From Spirogloea muscicola (taxonomy: Eukaryota): a DNA stretch of 55,967 nt. The position numbers and the translations under genes are program-made. The notes under the pieces are model-generated. The model did not search any database. It saw only the letters and a list, made by a program, of their open reading frames with translations, and had not been told where the DNA came from. Positions 34,044 through 51,500 of the stretch are shown piece after piece (the stretch's first letter is position 1; each line of letters begins with the position of its first letter). Where the stretch lies: positions 964,599-1,020,565 of the forward strand of contig WELB01000009.1 in the NCBI GenBank assembly GCA_009602725.1. Direction: 5' to 3'.

Positions 34044-37000
34044 TCAGCCCGGATCGCGATGGCCAGGAGTAACTGCAGGCTGTGAGGCTGTGCCGAGGCT
34101 CTCAGCGGCGTGCTGGGCCCGGGAGTCCAAGCAGGCGCTGAGCAGCAGGGCCTCAGCTGCAGCCGAGGAGGAAGCGGCCACAGCCGACGCGGAGGCAGGA
34201 CGCTCTTCGTTCAGCACCGGCAGCAAGCCGCCATGCAGCTCACCGCCGTCGCCGTCCAGCGACAGATGCTCGATGCCGCCATCGCCATTGGGCTCAGCTT
34301 CCAGCAAGCCACCGTCCCACCGCTCTCTCTGTCGGCCACCTGGAGGAGGGAAGGAGTGCCCATCACTGACAACCGGCCTTCTGGACGAGCGCCGCTTGGA
34401 CGAGCCGAACCAGCCAAAGCGCCGCTGTCGGGCGGTGCCGTCCTTGCCTACAGCGCCGGCCTCGCGGCCATCGACAAAGGAGCTGCAGAACGACGGCAAC
34501 GACGGTCGCGGCGCAAGTTGCGGCGACGCCGGCCCACTGCTCGGCGCCGCCGAGGACGGCAAAGCCACGACGCTCGAGGGCGTTAACCGTGGCGTCGGAG
34601 GCTGCAGTGATGACAGGCGAGGAGACGCCGACGCCGAGCCCCCCCGCCACCAGGGCCGCTCAGGCCCCGGTCGCGGCTCCCGTCCTGGGCTCGACGGAAC
34701 GCTGCTGCAGTCGGAGAACGCTGCGTTGCTTGCACTCTCTGCACCTTCAACCAGCACAATTTCGATTAGGAGATTTCATGAAGCACAGTACTGGGGCTCT
34801 TCACGCTTTTTCCAGAGGATCAGAGGACAATCATGTACAGAACATCTAAGCCCCAGTCTTCTATCATCCCCAGGGCTCTTGACATAGTTGTGCATCAAAA
34901 GCTAAATACAGCAGTAGTGGTAATGAGTAGCGTGGACATGCCCTACCGTTCTGAGTGGGGAAGTTGGCTGCAGCAGCGGCATCGTCCTCCTCGCTGCCTG
35001 CCGCGGAGCTGAGAAGTGCCGAGGCCGCATCTGCAGCGCCTGAGGCCGTGTACTGGACGGTCCGTTGCTCGCCCACTGTGATTGCAACGTGCAGCTGGCC
35101 CGACTTGACGCCCTCCAGGTTGAGCCACAGCTCGTGGCGCGCCCCGCCCCGCAGCTTCACCAGGTCCACGCTGCAATCACCCTGCTTATAGGGACTCAGC
35201 GCGCTGCATCAGCTTCTTTGGCATGAGCATGAATTAAGAATATGGAATGCGAATTCTGCAAAGTGGGCAGCGCTTTCTATTCGGCATATAACGTTATATC
35301 GAGTTGCTTATCATTGCACGCTAAGCTACTAGATGACATCGGTCCACCAACTTCTGTCGTGAGAAGTAGGGCCCAAGCCAGACACAAACTCTGACTAGGC
35401 TCCACTTTATCGAGCATATCATGTTACGTTTATGGCAATTACCAACCAATAATCAGGTGCAATTCGTGGCCGGATTATGAAGAAGTAAGCGAAATTGGAG
35501 AAGTAGCTCCAGGCTCTTCGTACAGAGGATGCCTCACCAGACTGTCGTCCTTGCCAAACGTGTCGCGGTCGCGGACCTTCATGATCAGCCGGTTGGCGCA
35601 GCGCCACGTTCCGATGCGGAGGCGGAACGTCTCATGCCAGGACGGCTCGAGCGTGTGCCACCTCACTGACGTCGCGCATCGGTTCTTCTCCAGCCGGAGC
35701 TTGACGTAGGGGTCTGAGGAGCCTGCGCTCCGAGCACAAACATGCAATCAGCATACACTGTGCCGCCTGTGCACAGTGACTGATTGGGGCTTAAGACTTG
35801 CAGAAGAGACCAAGAGTCTTCTAATTGATCTCAATCTTGACACTGAGCTTATATTTCCCCCTGCAATTTCTCCACTCTTCTAGAAGGTGCCACAGCAGCG
35901 ATAGATTTTGGACAAGCCGCCCATAGACTGAAGAGGCACCGCACCGACAAATCATCACACATTGCAAGAAATTAAGCAGAACTCGCAGCACTGACCATTC
36001 CGGTCCATGGCGATGAGGTCCTTGGCATCCAAGACTTCTACAATCACGAATGCAACTTCCTGCTTCTTCCGTAGCTTGATCTGGCCTGCCGTAACAATCG
36101 CAGCCCAGAGCAAGCTCAGTTCTGCCATTTATAGAATATTGTTGGCATTAATCGGCTGTGTAGCCAGCGTAATCAGCTGCTTTTACTACATAAATCTTTT
36201 CAAAGTAATTTAAGGTCCAAGGAATGTGTTTGCAGGTTTGCAATGAGGAGACAAGCATACTCACCATTGCGCATGAAGAAGAGCGCGATCTTCTCGTCGT
36301 CGATGCCGTAGTTTGTGCCGAACATCTTGACGAGGTCCATGGTCAGCGCATTCGGCTCCACGAGAGTCGTAACCACTGCCGCCTTGATGGCCTTGGTCTG
36401 CACCTCCGCCCACCCGCCACGCCAGCCCCAGTCCACAGTCTCAGCAGCAGGGTCAGATCAATTAGCAGATTGCCGGCTCCAAGAACCCATTGTATAAGTT
36501 CATGAGATCTGATCCTAAGGACTCAGAAACAGACCATTGATAATTCTAACATGCTTCGTCTTAATCTGTTTCTGTACACGTGAAAGTGACCTGCCTGTCA
36601 ATGGCCTGTGTGGTCGGATCAAAAGAGGACCCAGCAAGACTGAACAGAGTCCCAAAGAACAATTGCAGCTAGAAGTATTCACTTGCTCTACTGACTTTCG
36701 GCAGGAGTCGAGGCGTATAGCCAGGCTCACCACCCACGTGGCGATGCCGGGGAGGTCGAAGACGTCGAAGCGGTTTGAGGCGAGCGGGCGGACGCTGAGC
36801 TGCAGCAGCGGCGGCACCACGAAGGAGAGGCGCAGGCGCGACACGTACGGGTAGTACGGCAGGAAGCTCACACCGGCGCGCAGCTTGCCCTCGATGCGCA
36901 GGTTGTTGCCGTAGAGCTTGCCGCCGAGCCCGAAGGACGCCACCTGCCGCCCTCCACGGACAGCAGTCATAACCGGCGCCGTGTCAGAGACGCCCGGGGC

Positions 37001-37476
37001 GTTGCCCAGCGCGAGCCTGCAGCAAGAAGCACAAGAGAGGACGCCTTGCCTTGAGGCGTGCGAGGAGCTCGACGCCCATGTTGCGGTCAGCGATGAAGGA
37101 GAAGTCGAGCTCCAGCGCAGCGTCGCTCCCGTCCTTCGTGGCTCTCAGCGTCCTCGCTACACCAGCGGCAGACGGTCGCCCAGAGCGCCAAACCGCCAAG
37201 TTGAATGAGGACAACAACCACATCGATGTTTGCGCCAAGATTGGTACTTACATTTTGGCTTTCTGCAGATTTTGCCGTAAAATTTGCCATTGAAGCACCT
37301 TACAGTGAAATAGCCTGACGCTTGATATCCCTAACCACTTTCAATCTGCAAAACCCTGGACCCACCAGAGTGGACAACTGGAGGGGAGCCGCCGAGGCGC
37401 AGCCGGTGGATGAGCAGCTTCTTCAGCGCCTCCGGCTTGTAGTGGTTCAGGTTGAGGTGCACCGTCTCAGCCAGGA
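34044..37476 (-). CDS. SMP + C2 domain protein (synaptotagmin-like, NTMC2T6/At1g53590-like); 5' exons in or near the gap
   Basis: SMP-like segment LLIHRLRLGGSPP..ALELDFSF..KLYGNNLRIEGKL..YPYVSRLRLSFVVPPLLQLSVRPL..DVFDLPGIATW..TLVEPN. C2 domain VEVLDAKDLIAMDRNGSSDPYVK..TLEPSWHETF..KVRDRDTFGKDDSLG..RHELWLNLEGVKSGQLH. Low-complexity C-terminal exon. Confidence 0.88.
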
Positions 37477-37545
37477 CTGCAGCAAACGCAGCACGGAGGC
37501 GGGTGCGGCAAGTTCGCGTCGTACCTAAGTCCACGCCGTTGCATA

Positions 37546-37658
<113 letters not shown>

Positions 37659-37849
37659 NNNNNNNNNNNNNNNNNNNNNNNNNNNNNNNNNNNNNNNNNN
37701 NNNNNNNNNNNNNNNNNNNNNNNNNNNNNNNNNNNNNNNNNNNNNNNNNNNNNNNNNNNNNNNNNNNNNNNNNNNNNNNNNNNNNNNNNNNNNNNNNNNN
37801 NNNNNNNNNNNNNNNNNNNNNNNNNNNNNNNNNNNNNNNNNNNNATTGA

Positions 37850-40800
37850 TGGGCTGCGCACGAGGACAGGGAGCGGTCGTGGCCAGGAAGAATCAAAAGT
37901 TGGTCTAGAGGGCAGGAATTGGGGTGCTCCTGACTTGAACCCGGGTGGCTGGCGTGGTGATTGCGCTGGCCAGCCTGCACGACCTGGTGGCGGAGCCGAT
38001 CGACGCCATGGCGCGGCGCATGCGGGAGCTGCCGCGCGAGGCCCGCGAGCGCCTCCGCGCCGGCCTCCGCGACATGCTCGCCGGCGTGGAGCGCCGCGAC
38101 GAGTTCGCGCAGCTCCAGCGTGCGCTGGCCTCGCGCGCCGATGTCACTGCCGAGGCGCTGGCCGGCGCCTCGCGCACGCAGCTCGAGATCCTCGTGGCCA
38201 TCCGCACGGGCATCCAGGTGTTCCTGCACCCCGACATGCCCATCGACACCGAGGCGCTCATCGAGATCTTTCTCCACAAGCGCTGCCGCAACGTCGCCTG
38301 CCAGACCCAGCTCCCCGCCGAGGGCTGCCAGTGCATGGTCAGTGGCTTCAATCTCCGTGTCACTGCATGCAGATGCTAGACTGGAACTTCACAGAGTGGT
38401 TGCGCAACTGTTTAGTGCTCTAATAGCTGTGATCCAAACTAATCGTTCTGCTGTGCATGCCTGAGGCACCACCTGTTGTTGCTGTCTGCACCTGGCAGGT
38501 GTGCACAACCAAGAGCGGCTTCTGCCACCTGTGCATGTGCGTCGTGTGCTGCAAGTTCGACTTCGACTCCAACACGTGCCGCTGGATCGGCTGCGACTTC
38601 TGCCTTCACTGGTGCCACACGGACTGCGCCATGAAGTGCGTGCGCTGCTAACGTCCTCGCCCTCCGCACCTTTTTGCATTTCCTGCTTGTCTCGAGAGGG
38701 CTCGTCCGGAGCTGTTTGACTGTTTTGTTGCATTCCTTTGCATCAGTGCACTCTCAAAGCACAGTAAGTGGGCAGCAACTAGCCTAACTTGAGCTCTCGG
38801 AAGCATGTTGCTTAGCTTACGAAGGCAGAAATTCTGTCAAGGAATTTTGAGATGCTCCCAAGCCAGTTGCGTTGTGTTTGAGTGTCCCAATACGGCTTCA
38901 ACTCAAGTAGCACAAGGAACACCCTGTAAACAGCTGAGCTAAACGACTGTAGTACTTTGCATGCTGGGTTTGGCGGTGCAGGACGCAAACGATCTGTGTA
39001 GGGCCCAGCCTGAATGCCGGCAAAGGGAATGGCGATGTAGTGGAGATGCAGTTCCATTGCACACCTTGCAGGCGCACATCGGAGCTCTTCGGCTTTGTCA
39101 AGGACGTGTTCAGCACGTGTGCCAGCAGCTGGGACAAAGACACGCTGCTCAAGGAGCTCGACTTCGTGCGGCGCATCTTTGCGGGTTCCCAAGATGCGCG
39201 CGGCAAGAGCCTCTTCCGCCTCGCCGACGATCTCTTGATGGAGCGCAGCTGGGACCACGCGGAGGCGTGCAAGGAGATGGCTCGCTTCTTTGACGGTGAG
39301 TGACTGCTGCAAGGAGGGCAGGGGTGCCTAGCTTTGCTTGGCCTGGTGCCGCACACTCCTCAGATGCGCGCACCTGAACGCTTCGAGTAGATGGAGGCTG
39401 TGGCAGCATTGCCGAGCCTAAGTGACCTGGCAACTCCTGCTCTTGATGGCTTTGGAACTTGTCACTCATTTACAGTTGCTGCGTAGAGCCAGTTAATCTG
39501 CACGACCACTTATCGTGGCTCTAATGGACCTCAAGGTTGATTAATGTAATGCTCTCCTCATGGAATCTGCTTGACATGCCGAACCTGCTGCAGAGGCGGA
39601 ATACATAATGGATGACCAAGATGAGGGCCCGAAGAGCGAGCCCGGGAATGGGACCGCGGACGTGGGGGCGTCGCCTTCGTGGGAGCAGCACCTGGGCAGC
39701 CTGGAGGGCGACAAGTCGCAAAATGGCAACTGGCTAGTGCGCGCCGTATTCAAGATGGAGACTGACACCAAGGAGAAGAACGACGACCTCCTCAAGGCGC
39801 GGGCGGCCCTTGAGGCGTACGAAAACGAGCTGGAGGAGAAGCGCAAGGAGGCTGCCTACCTGCAGGTCTGCTCGACTACCAGTACCTGCGGCAAGGTCTT
39901 GGGATGAGTCAAGCAGGGCGCTGGATTGTACAAAAGGGACAATACAAGTTTAGGGTTTAGGGTTTATTATTAGTATCTATTATTCCGGAAGGAAGGGCGC
40001 AGACATGCTCAAGAGCTCTTGACTAGCAGGCCTTCTCTGATTATCAAGGCCTAATGTCCAAGTAGGCCATGTGGTTTTTGTGGTTCTTGTTATGGCAAGG
40101 CTGCTGACATGCTGACATAGTGGAGTCCTCGGCTCTGGCGACGTGTTTGTCTTCCTACTGGCAGTACCAGAGGCAACAAAAGAAGACACAAATTCAGGAG
40201 CTTGAGACCATCGCGCGCTTCAAGCAGGCAGAGGCCGAGATGCTACAGGTTGGTTGTTGTGACGTTTTCCCAAAACGTTAGCTGTTGATTGAGGGCAAAT
40301 GCACCACAGAGCTTCTTTTGTCTGAGCGATTATGCAGCAAGAAGTTGATGAGGCACAGATGGCTGACTCGCCCACATTTCTGTACATTCGCCCATTGCCT
40401 GCGGGTGGCCACAGCTGCGAGCAACGGAGGCGAAGCGAGAGGCGGACGGCGTCCAGAGGATAGCGCAGAGCAAGGCCAAGGTGGTGGAGGAGGAGTATGC
40501 AAGCAGGTGAGCTGCGGTTGCTGCTGCAGTAACCTGTTTGAGCACGATTGTAGGGGCTAAGGATCTGAGTCCGGATCGACTTGAGCATCCAAGTATTACA
40601 TTTGAGGGAGCTGTATGAAGTGGACTGAAAAGGAGCTGACACGTGGTACTTGAGCTGACACGTGGCACCCAAGTGCAGGCTGCTGACGAAAGTTAATCGG
40701 TGCCTTTTGCCGGCGCCTGCACAGCTATCTGCTGCTACGGTTGGACGAGGCGGAGGCCAAGCGCAAGCTGCTGAGCGAGGCGGTGCAGCAGATGGAGAAG

Positions 40801-40905
40801 GCCAAGACGCAGAGTGATGCGGACAAGCAGAAGATGCTGGTGCGCATCAACGAGCTCTTGAACCAGCAGGAAGCGCGGCCATCGGCTCCTGACGACCCCC
40901 GGTAG
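37850..40905 (+). CDS. OBE: OBERON-like PHD finger / coiled-coil protein; 5' end uncertain because of the gap
   Basis: LHDLVAEPIDAMARRM..QLEILVAIRTGIQVFLH..LIEIFLHKRCRNVACQTQLPAEGCQCM|VCTTKSGFCHLCMCVVCCKFDFDSNTCRWIGCDFCLHWCHTDCA (PHD_Oberon). EMQFHCTPCRRTSELFGFVKDVF..LLKELDFVRRIF. Coiled coil ELETIARFKQAEAEMLQLRATEAKREADG..EEEYAS. Confidence 0.93.
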
Positions 40906-41719
40906 CGGCTGCTCTGTGCCTCCAAAGTCGAGGCGTTCTCTAAGATCAGGGGCGGGCGTTCAGCTGCCAACAGGGATCAACGCAGCCATGCAAGTTCTTG
41001 TGGCATGCCGGCAGTTGCAGCTGGTGCTGGTGGCAGCAAAGGCCACTCCACCTGCAGCTGTGAGACAGGTGGTGGTAGCCCTGGCAGAACTTGAGGTGCC
41101 CTCCACTGTTTGTCCAAAATTCTTTTGTCCACTTCAAGCAGGTTGCACAGTAGTGCACCCTCCAGCAAGGTCTTACCACTTGGTCAACAACTTGATTTTA
41201 TGGTACTCACTGATGGCTTGAGCTTCTTAGTTCCATCCTGTGATCCCGCAAGACAAGCAGCTAGCTGCCTTTGCTGCTGTTATTGCTGGCTCTCAGCCGG
41301 TGGTTGCAGCAACTGCAAGGGCGGTTAAATAAGACATTGCAGCAGCCAGCAGTTGGTTGTGCAAGTGTCAGTAACTTGGGGGGAAGGGGGGCCGTTGGCT
41401 GGGTGGGGAAGAGGGGTGCAGGAGGGCGGGAGAGGTCCAGTGGCGCTTAGTAGGGGGCTGAAGTCCCAAGCCTGGGCACAATTTGGCTTTCCCTTGATTT
41501 TGTACCCTAGAGGCTATGAAACAAACCAGCTGGTGAGCTGCTCCACAATCGAGAGAAGGTCGTGGCCAATCTGACTGGATACTGACCAAAAGGATGAGGC
41601 TGGAATGAGGAGCTTGTGAACAAGATTGAGCCCTGCTGAGGAGACGGAGCTTATCTGTGGATACTCTGCGGCGGTTACAGTGAGCAATGCCTGTGGGGAC
41701 AGGTAGATGTATGCGCACA

Positions 41720-47505
<5,786 letters not shown>

Positions 47506-47716
47506 CGGCGCCGAGCGGCCGCAGCAGGCGCCGCCTGGTCTAGCGCCGGAGGGCCATCGCTGCGCGCGCGGCCCCGAGCCGCGGCTGCGGCGGCGGCAGC
47601 GACGAGGCTGGCAGGGCACAGCGAATGGAGCTGTACAGAGCCATGGATTTGAAAACCGCCGTTGGGCGCCGCCAAGGACCACAACCACTAATAAGGGACA
47701 CGCCACTCCCGTTCCG

Positions 47717-47730
47717 CTAAACCCTAAACC
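47717..47730. promoter_or_regulatory. Telo-box (AAACCCTA) in the RecQ/BOP1 divergent promoter region
   Basis: ctaaaccctaaacc; telo-boxes are typical of plant ribosome-biogenesis and S-phase gene promoters. Confidence 0.45.
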
Positions 47731-48506
47731 ACTACTCCCGGTCAGTCCTTCAACCCTTGAACCCAGCCGCTTTCGCCATTCCTTACACACAACCTCCTAC
47801 GTGACGCCATGTATGGCATCGTCAAGGAGGCGGGATATCAAGTGGCGTTGGAGAGCACTGGGGTGATGCCCATCCTCCTCCGCAANGTTATGTAGATTTT
47901 TAGATGTGCTTGCCTTTGTACCTGGCCATTTGGCCTACATTTCTTTCTAATACACGATCTCTTTCCATTGGGAGTGCCACTTCTTTCTGTACTTAGCCAT
48001 TTGGCCTTTGTTTGTTTCCAATACACGTATCTTTCGTCTGTATGAACCTCACTGGCTTTTTTTAGCCGCTCTTTGAATTATCAGCAGCCGCATTCGCTAT
48101 CAAACAGCGCGCAACCGAGTTCCAGCCGCGACGACACCGGCGCTCGCGCCGCCGCCGGGAGCTTGGTCGTCGCGGCGCTCGCGGCGGCGGCAGCGGCCGC
48201 GGCGGGCGCAGGACGCGCGGCTGACACCGTCGTGGGAGCCTGCGCACGGCATCGTGACTGAGAGGCCGGGCGGACTCGCGCAATCGGGTGGCGGTGGGAC
48301 CGGAGGACCGAGGGCCGCCATGCACGTCCCAGGCGGCGGCGGCGGCGGCGGCGGCGGGCCCGCCGGCTGGGGCCTCGAGGCGGAGCCTGGCGTGAGGTCC
48401 GGAGAGCCTTGGCGCCCCCCGGTTGAGCGAGCGCGCGGCGATGTTGGCGCGGCTGCGCGTGCCTGGAGAGCCGCGGCGCTAGCTGAAGCCATCTCCTGCT
48501 TCAGAG

Positions 48507-51500
48507 ATGGTGGAGCTCAGGCGCAAGACCAGGTCGCAGACTGCCGCGGAGCTGACGGGCGAGGCGCACGCAGCCGACGATGCGCGGCCAGCCCTCCCAA
48601 TCGATGGTGCGGCAAACGACAACGCCACGGGGAACGACGGAGAGGAGGAGGGGGAGGGCGTGCTGGAGCTGTCCTCGTCAGACGACGGGCTCTCCGACGG
48701 CAGCGGCGAGCTCAGCGAGGAGGACGAGGAGGCAGACGACGGCGACGGGCGGGAGGACTTGGAGGAGATCCAGCAGGCCCTGTCGTCCTACATCCAGTCG
48801 AGGCACGACCACCCCGACGATGATGGCGGCGTAGAAGGCGGTGACGCGGATTCCTGGAGGGCGGCTGACGACGAGGCAGACGGGTCGAGAGATGGAGCAG
48901 ACGGTGGCAGCGACCTTGGCGCCCCCTCCACCAGTGGGCAGGAGAGTGACTCGTCGGAGGATGAAGTATGGGCCAGCCTAACTACCAGCGTTTACATATT
49001 GATGATCAGAGCCAGTTGCTACGTAGCTCAAGAAGAGGGAGCCGCGAGGAGTGAGAGGTCCTGCGACAATCCTTGAGAGGTGTAAGATAGGGTTTGTGCA
49101 TGAATTTGCTAATTCGCAGGGTTTTGGGAGGAGGCACTGATACACGTGGCTATCGACCTCCAGGATTCTACAAGGACTGTCGATTGTGAACGTACTAACG
49201 GTGGTCATCGAGAGTCCTTGAATCATGTTCATTCCATCCATTGCCTCTCGAATGGTCTTGTTCTGCGAGGTTCAGTGGCGAGGGCCGCGAAGAGGGGGGC
49301 CGGGGTAGGGGGTGGGAGGGGAGGAGGGGGTTAAAGGATGATTGGTCGGATTGCTCTTTCAGTGTCTGTGAGGATAAGCTAGTGATATCTCAACCACTGT
49401 ATGTGGTCAAAGTTATGAGCGCTGAGGCTGTCTGGGCTTTGACAGATGTACTGCCATCTGTAGAGTCGCTGACCTGAGGTGCGTACTTGGTATGCCTTCG
49501 TGGCCTTCTGGCAGAGGCCGTCAAGGAATACTGTGGGCAACGTGCCTCTTGTCTGGTACAAGACAGAGCCCCACATTGGATACACACGGCAAGGAGAGAA
49601 GATCATCAAGTCCGCCCGGAGGGACAAACTAGACGACTTCTTGACCAGGGCCGATGACGCCAAGAGCTGGTCAGTATGACGACCTTACCAGACTCCTTCG
49701 AGAGCTGCTAACGAGCTCAACTGTTGGAGCTGCTCTATATTACATGGTTCAACAACTTTCCCCAAAACCTAAAATTCCTTCGTGATTGACTTCTGAGGTT
49801 TGCTGTAATGGCTGTGGTGATATAGTGGGCAACTTTTGCACATGTAAGCGCAAGTTGACCAAAACCAACATGCTGACAGGAGACGGGTTTACGATGAGTA
49901 CAATGACGAGGAGGTGGAGCTTACAAAGGACGAGGTAGATGTCATCCGTCGAATCAGGGAGGGGCGCATACCTCACGCCGAAGTCAATCCCTACGAGGTG
50001 TGCATTCCCACGCTGCATCCTGGTTGTGTTTTCCATTTAAAAAGTTCCTGAACAGCATTCGTCTGACTCCAACTCATGAAGTAATTCCAACTGTGACTGT
50101 CGAAGCTTTTACTGAAAAGCTTCATCACTGCCTGCCTGCCTGCAGCCGTATGTGGACTGGTTCGATTGGGATGGGAAAGGGCATCCTCTGTCTAACGCGC
50201 CAGAGCCTAAGCGGCGGTTCATCCCTTCAAAGTGGGAGGCCAAGCAGGTATAGGATGATTGCTCCTCGTTGTATCCAAGGGTTGGACTTTACTTCCCAGC
50301 TGCCAGTTTACAAGATTTGTAGAGAGAATCTTTAGTTACCATATGTGCAGAGCTCAACACTAATTCATTTTCTATACCTTGTTTTCAAAGGTTGTCAAAC
50401 TTGTGAGAGCCATGCGCAAGGGCTGGCTAAAGTTGGACAAGCCCAAGGAGAAGCCCAAGATATACCTGCTCTGGGGAGATGACCTCAAAGCTGCCCAGAA
50501 GGCTGCCAATGGTCTCACATACATTCCAGCTCCAAAGCCCAAGCTTCCAGGTACTTGGTTGGGTCAGAAGCAGAAAAGCCTAGTTGCAAGCCTCTCAAAT
50601 TTTGAATATTCTTGGATTCCAACAGATGTCTGTCTTGGTAAGGTTTGAGGACTCGATTGTATTTGAGGACTCGACACATAGTTGACCATGTGCACGTTAT
50701 AGTAGTATCGCGTATATGACTTATCGCGTGCCTCAAGGAGGAGTGTACTTACTGAGTACCAGCATGCACAGGCCATGAGGAGTCATACAACCCACCTGTT
50801 GAGTATCTTCCAACAGAAGAGGAAGTGAAGTCTTACCAGCTCATGTATGAAGAGGATCGACCGTCTTTTGTGCCTGAAAAGTAGGTGCTCCCACTTCACA
50901 TGTGCTTTGTAGTTTCTGAGATCAAGTAGTGCCAAGGACACTGCCCCTGGAGGGTGATTACATTTCATCCAATATGCAAGTTCTTGTCTGCAGTTGTTAG
51001 ATGTAGACTGTATTGTGAAGTCAGCAAAGGAAGGAATCAAATCAAGCATGTTGTGAGCCAGACATAATACTCATGGAGAGCCCTGATGGTTCATGTCTCT
51101 GTTACAGACAGTAAGATGTCACTGAAATGAGCATTTGTTGGCTGTTGATGGGTGGCAGAATAGATGCTTTCAGGAAGATACCTGCCTATGCGGACTTCAT
51201 AAAGGAGCGTTTTGAGAGATGCTTGGACCTCTATTTGTGTCCCAGGACGCGAAAGACCAGGGTGGGTGCTGCATCCCTGAGCATCGTGTTCCCTTCGAGG
51301 GTCAACATAGTCTTACTTGTCACTTGAGTTTCTAAGCACCTTGACTCAACATGAGGATCAACATGCTGAAGTGGTCAAGTACGATGCATGCAGGTCCTGA
51401 GTCCAGTCATTAAACTGCTCCAGCGCAAGCATTATACTTGGAAGGGAGTTCTTTAAAGTCGTCGTGATGAGGGAGAAATTGACCGTCAAGCAGGGTCCAT

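Noticed and set aside
48100..48492. 130-aa Pro/Ala-rich minus-strand ORF abutting the BOP1 start
   Set aside because: It is antisense to what looks like the GC-rich BOP1 5' UTR and intron (acceptor ttcag at 48504). Such ORFs are common in high-GC sequence.
50644..50674. Short tandem duplications in introns (tttgaggactcga x2; also cattgtcataga x2 at ~23334)
   Set aside because: Ordinary slippage duplications with no sign of function.
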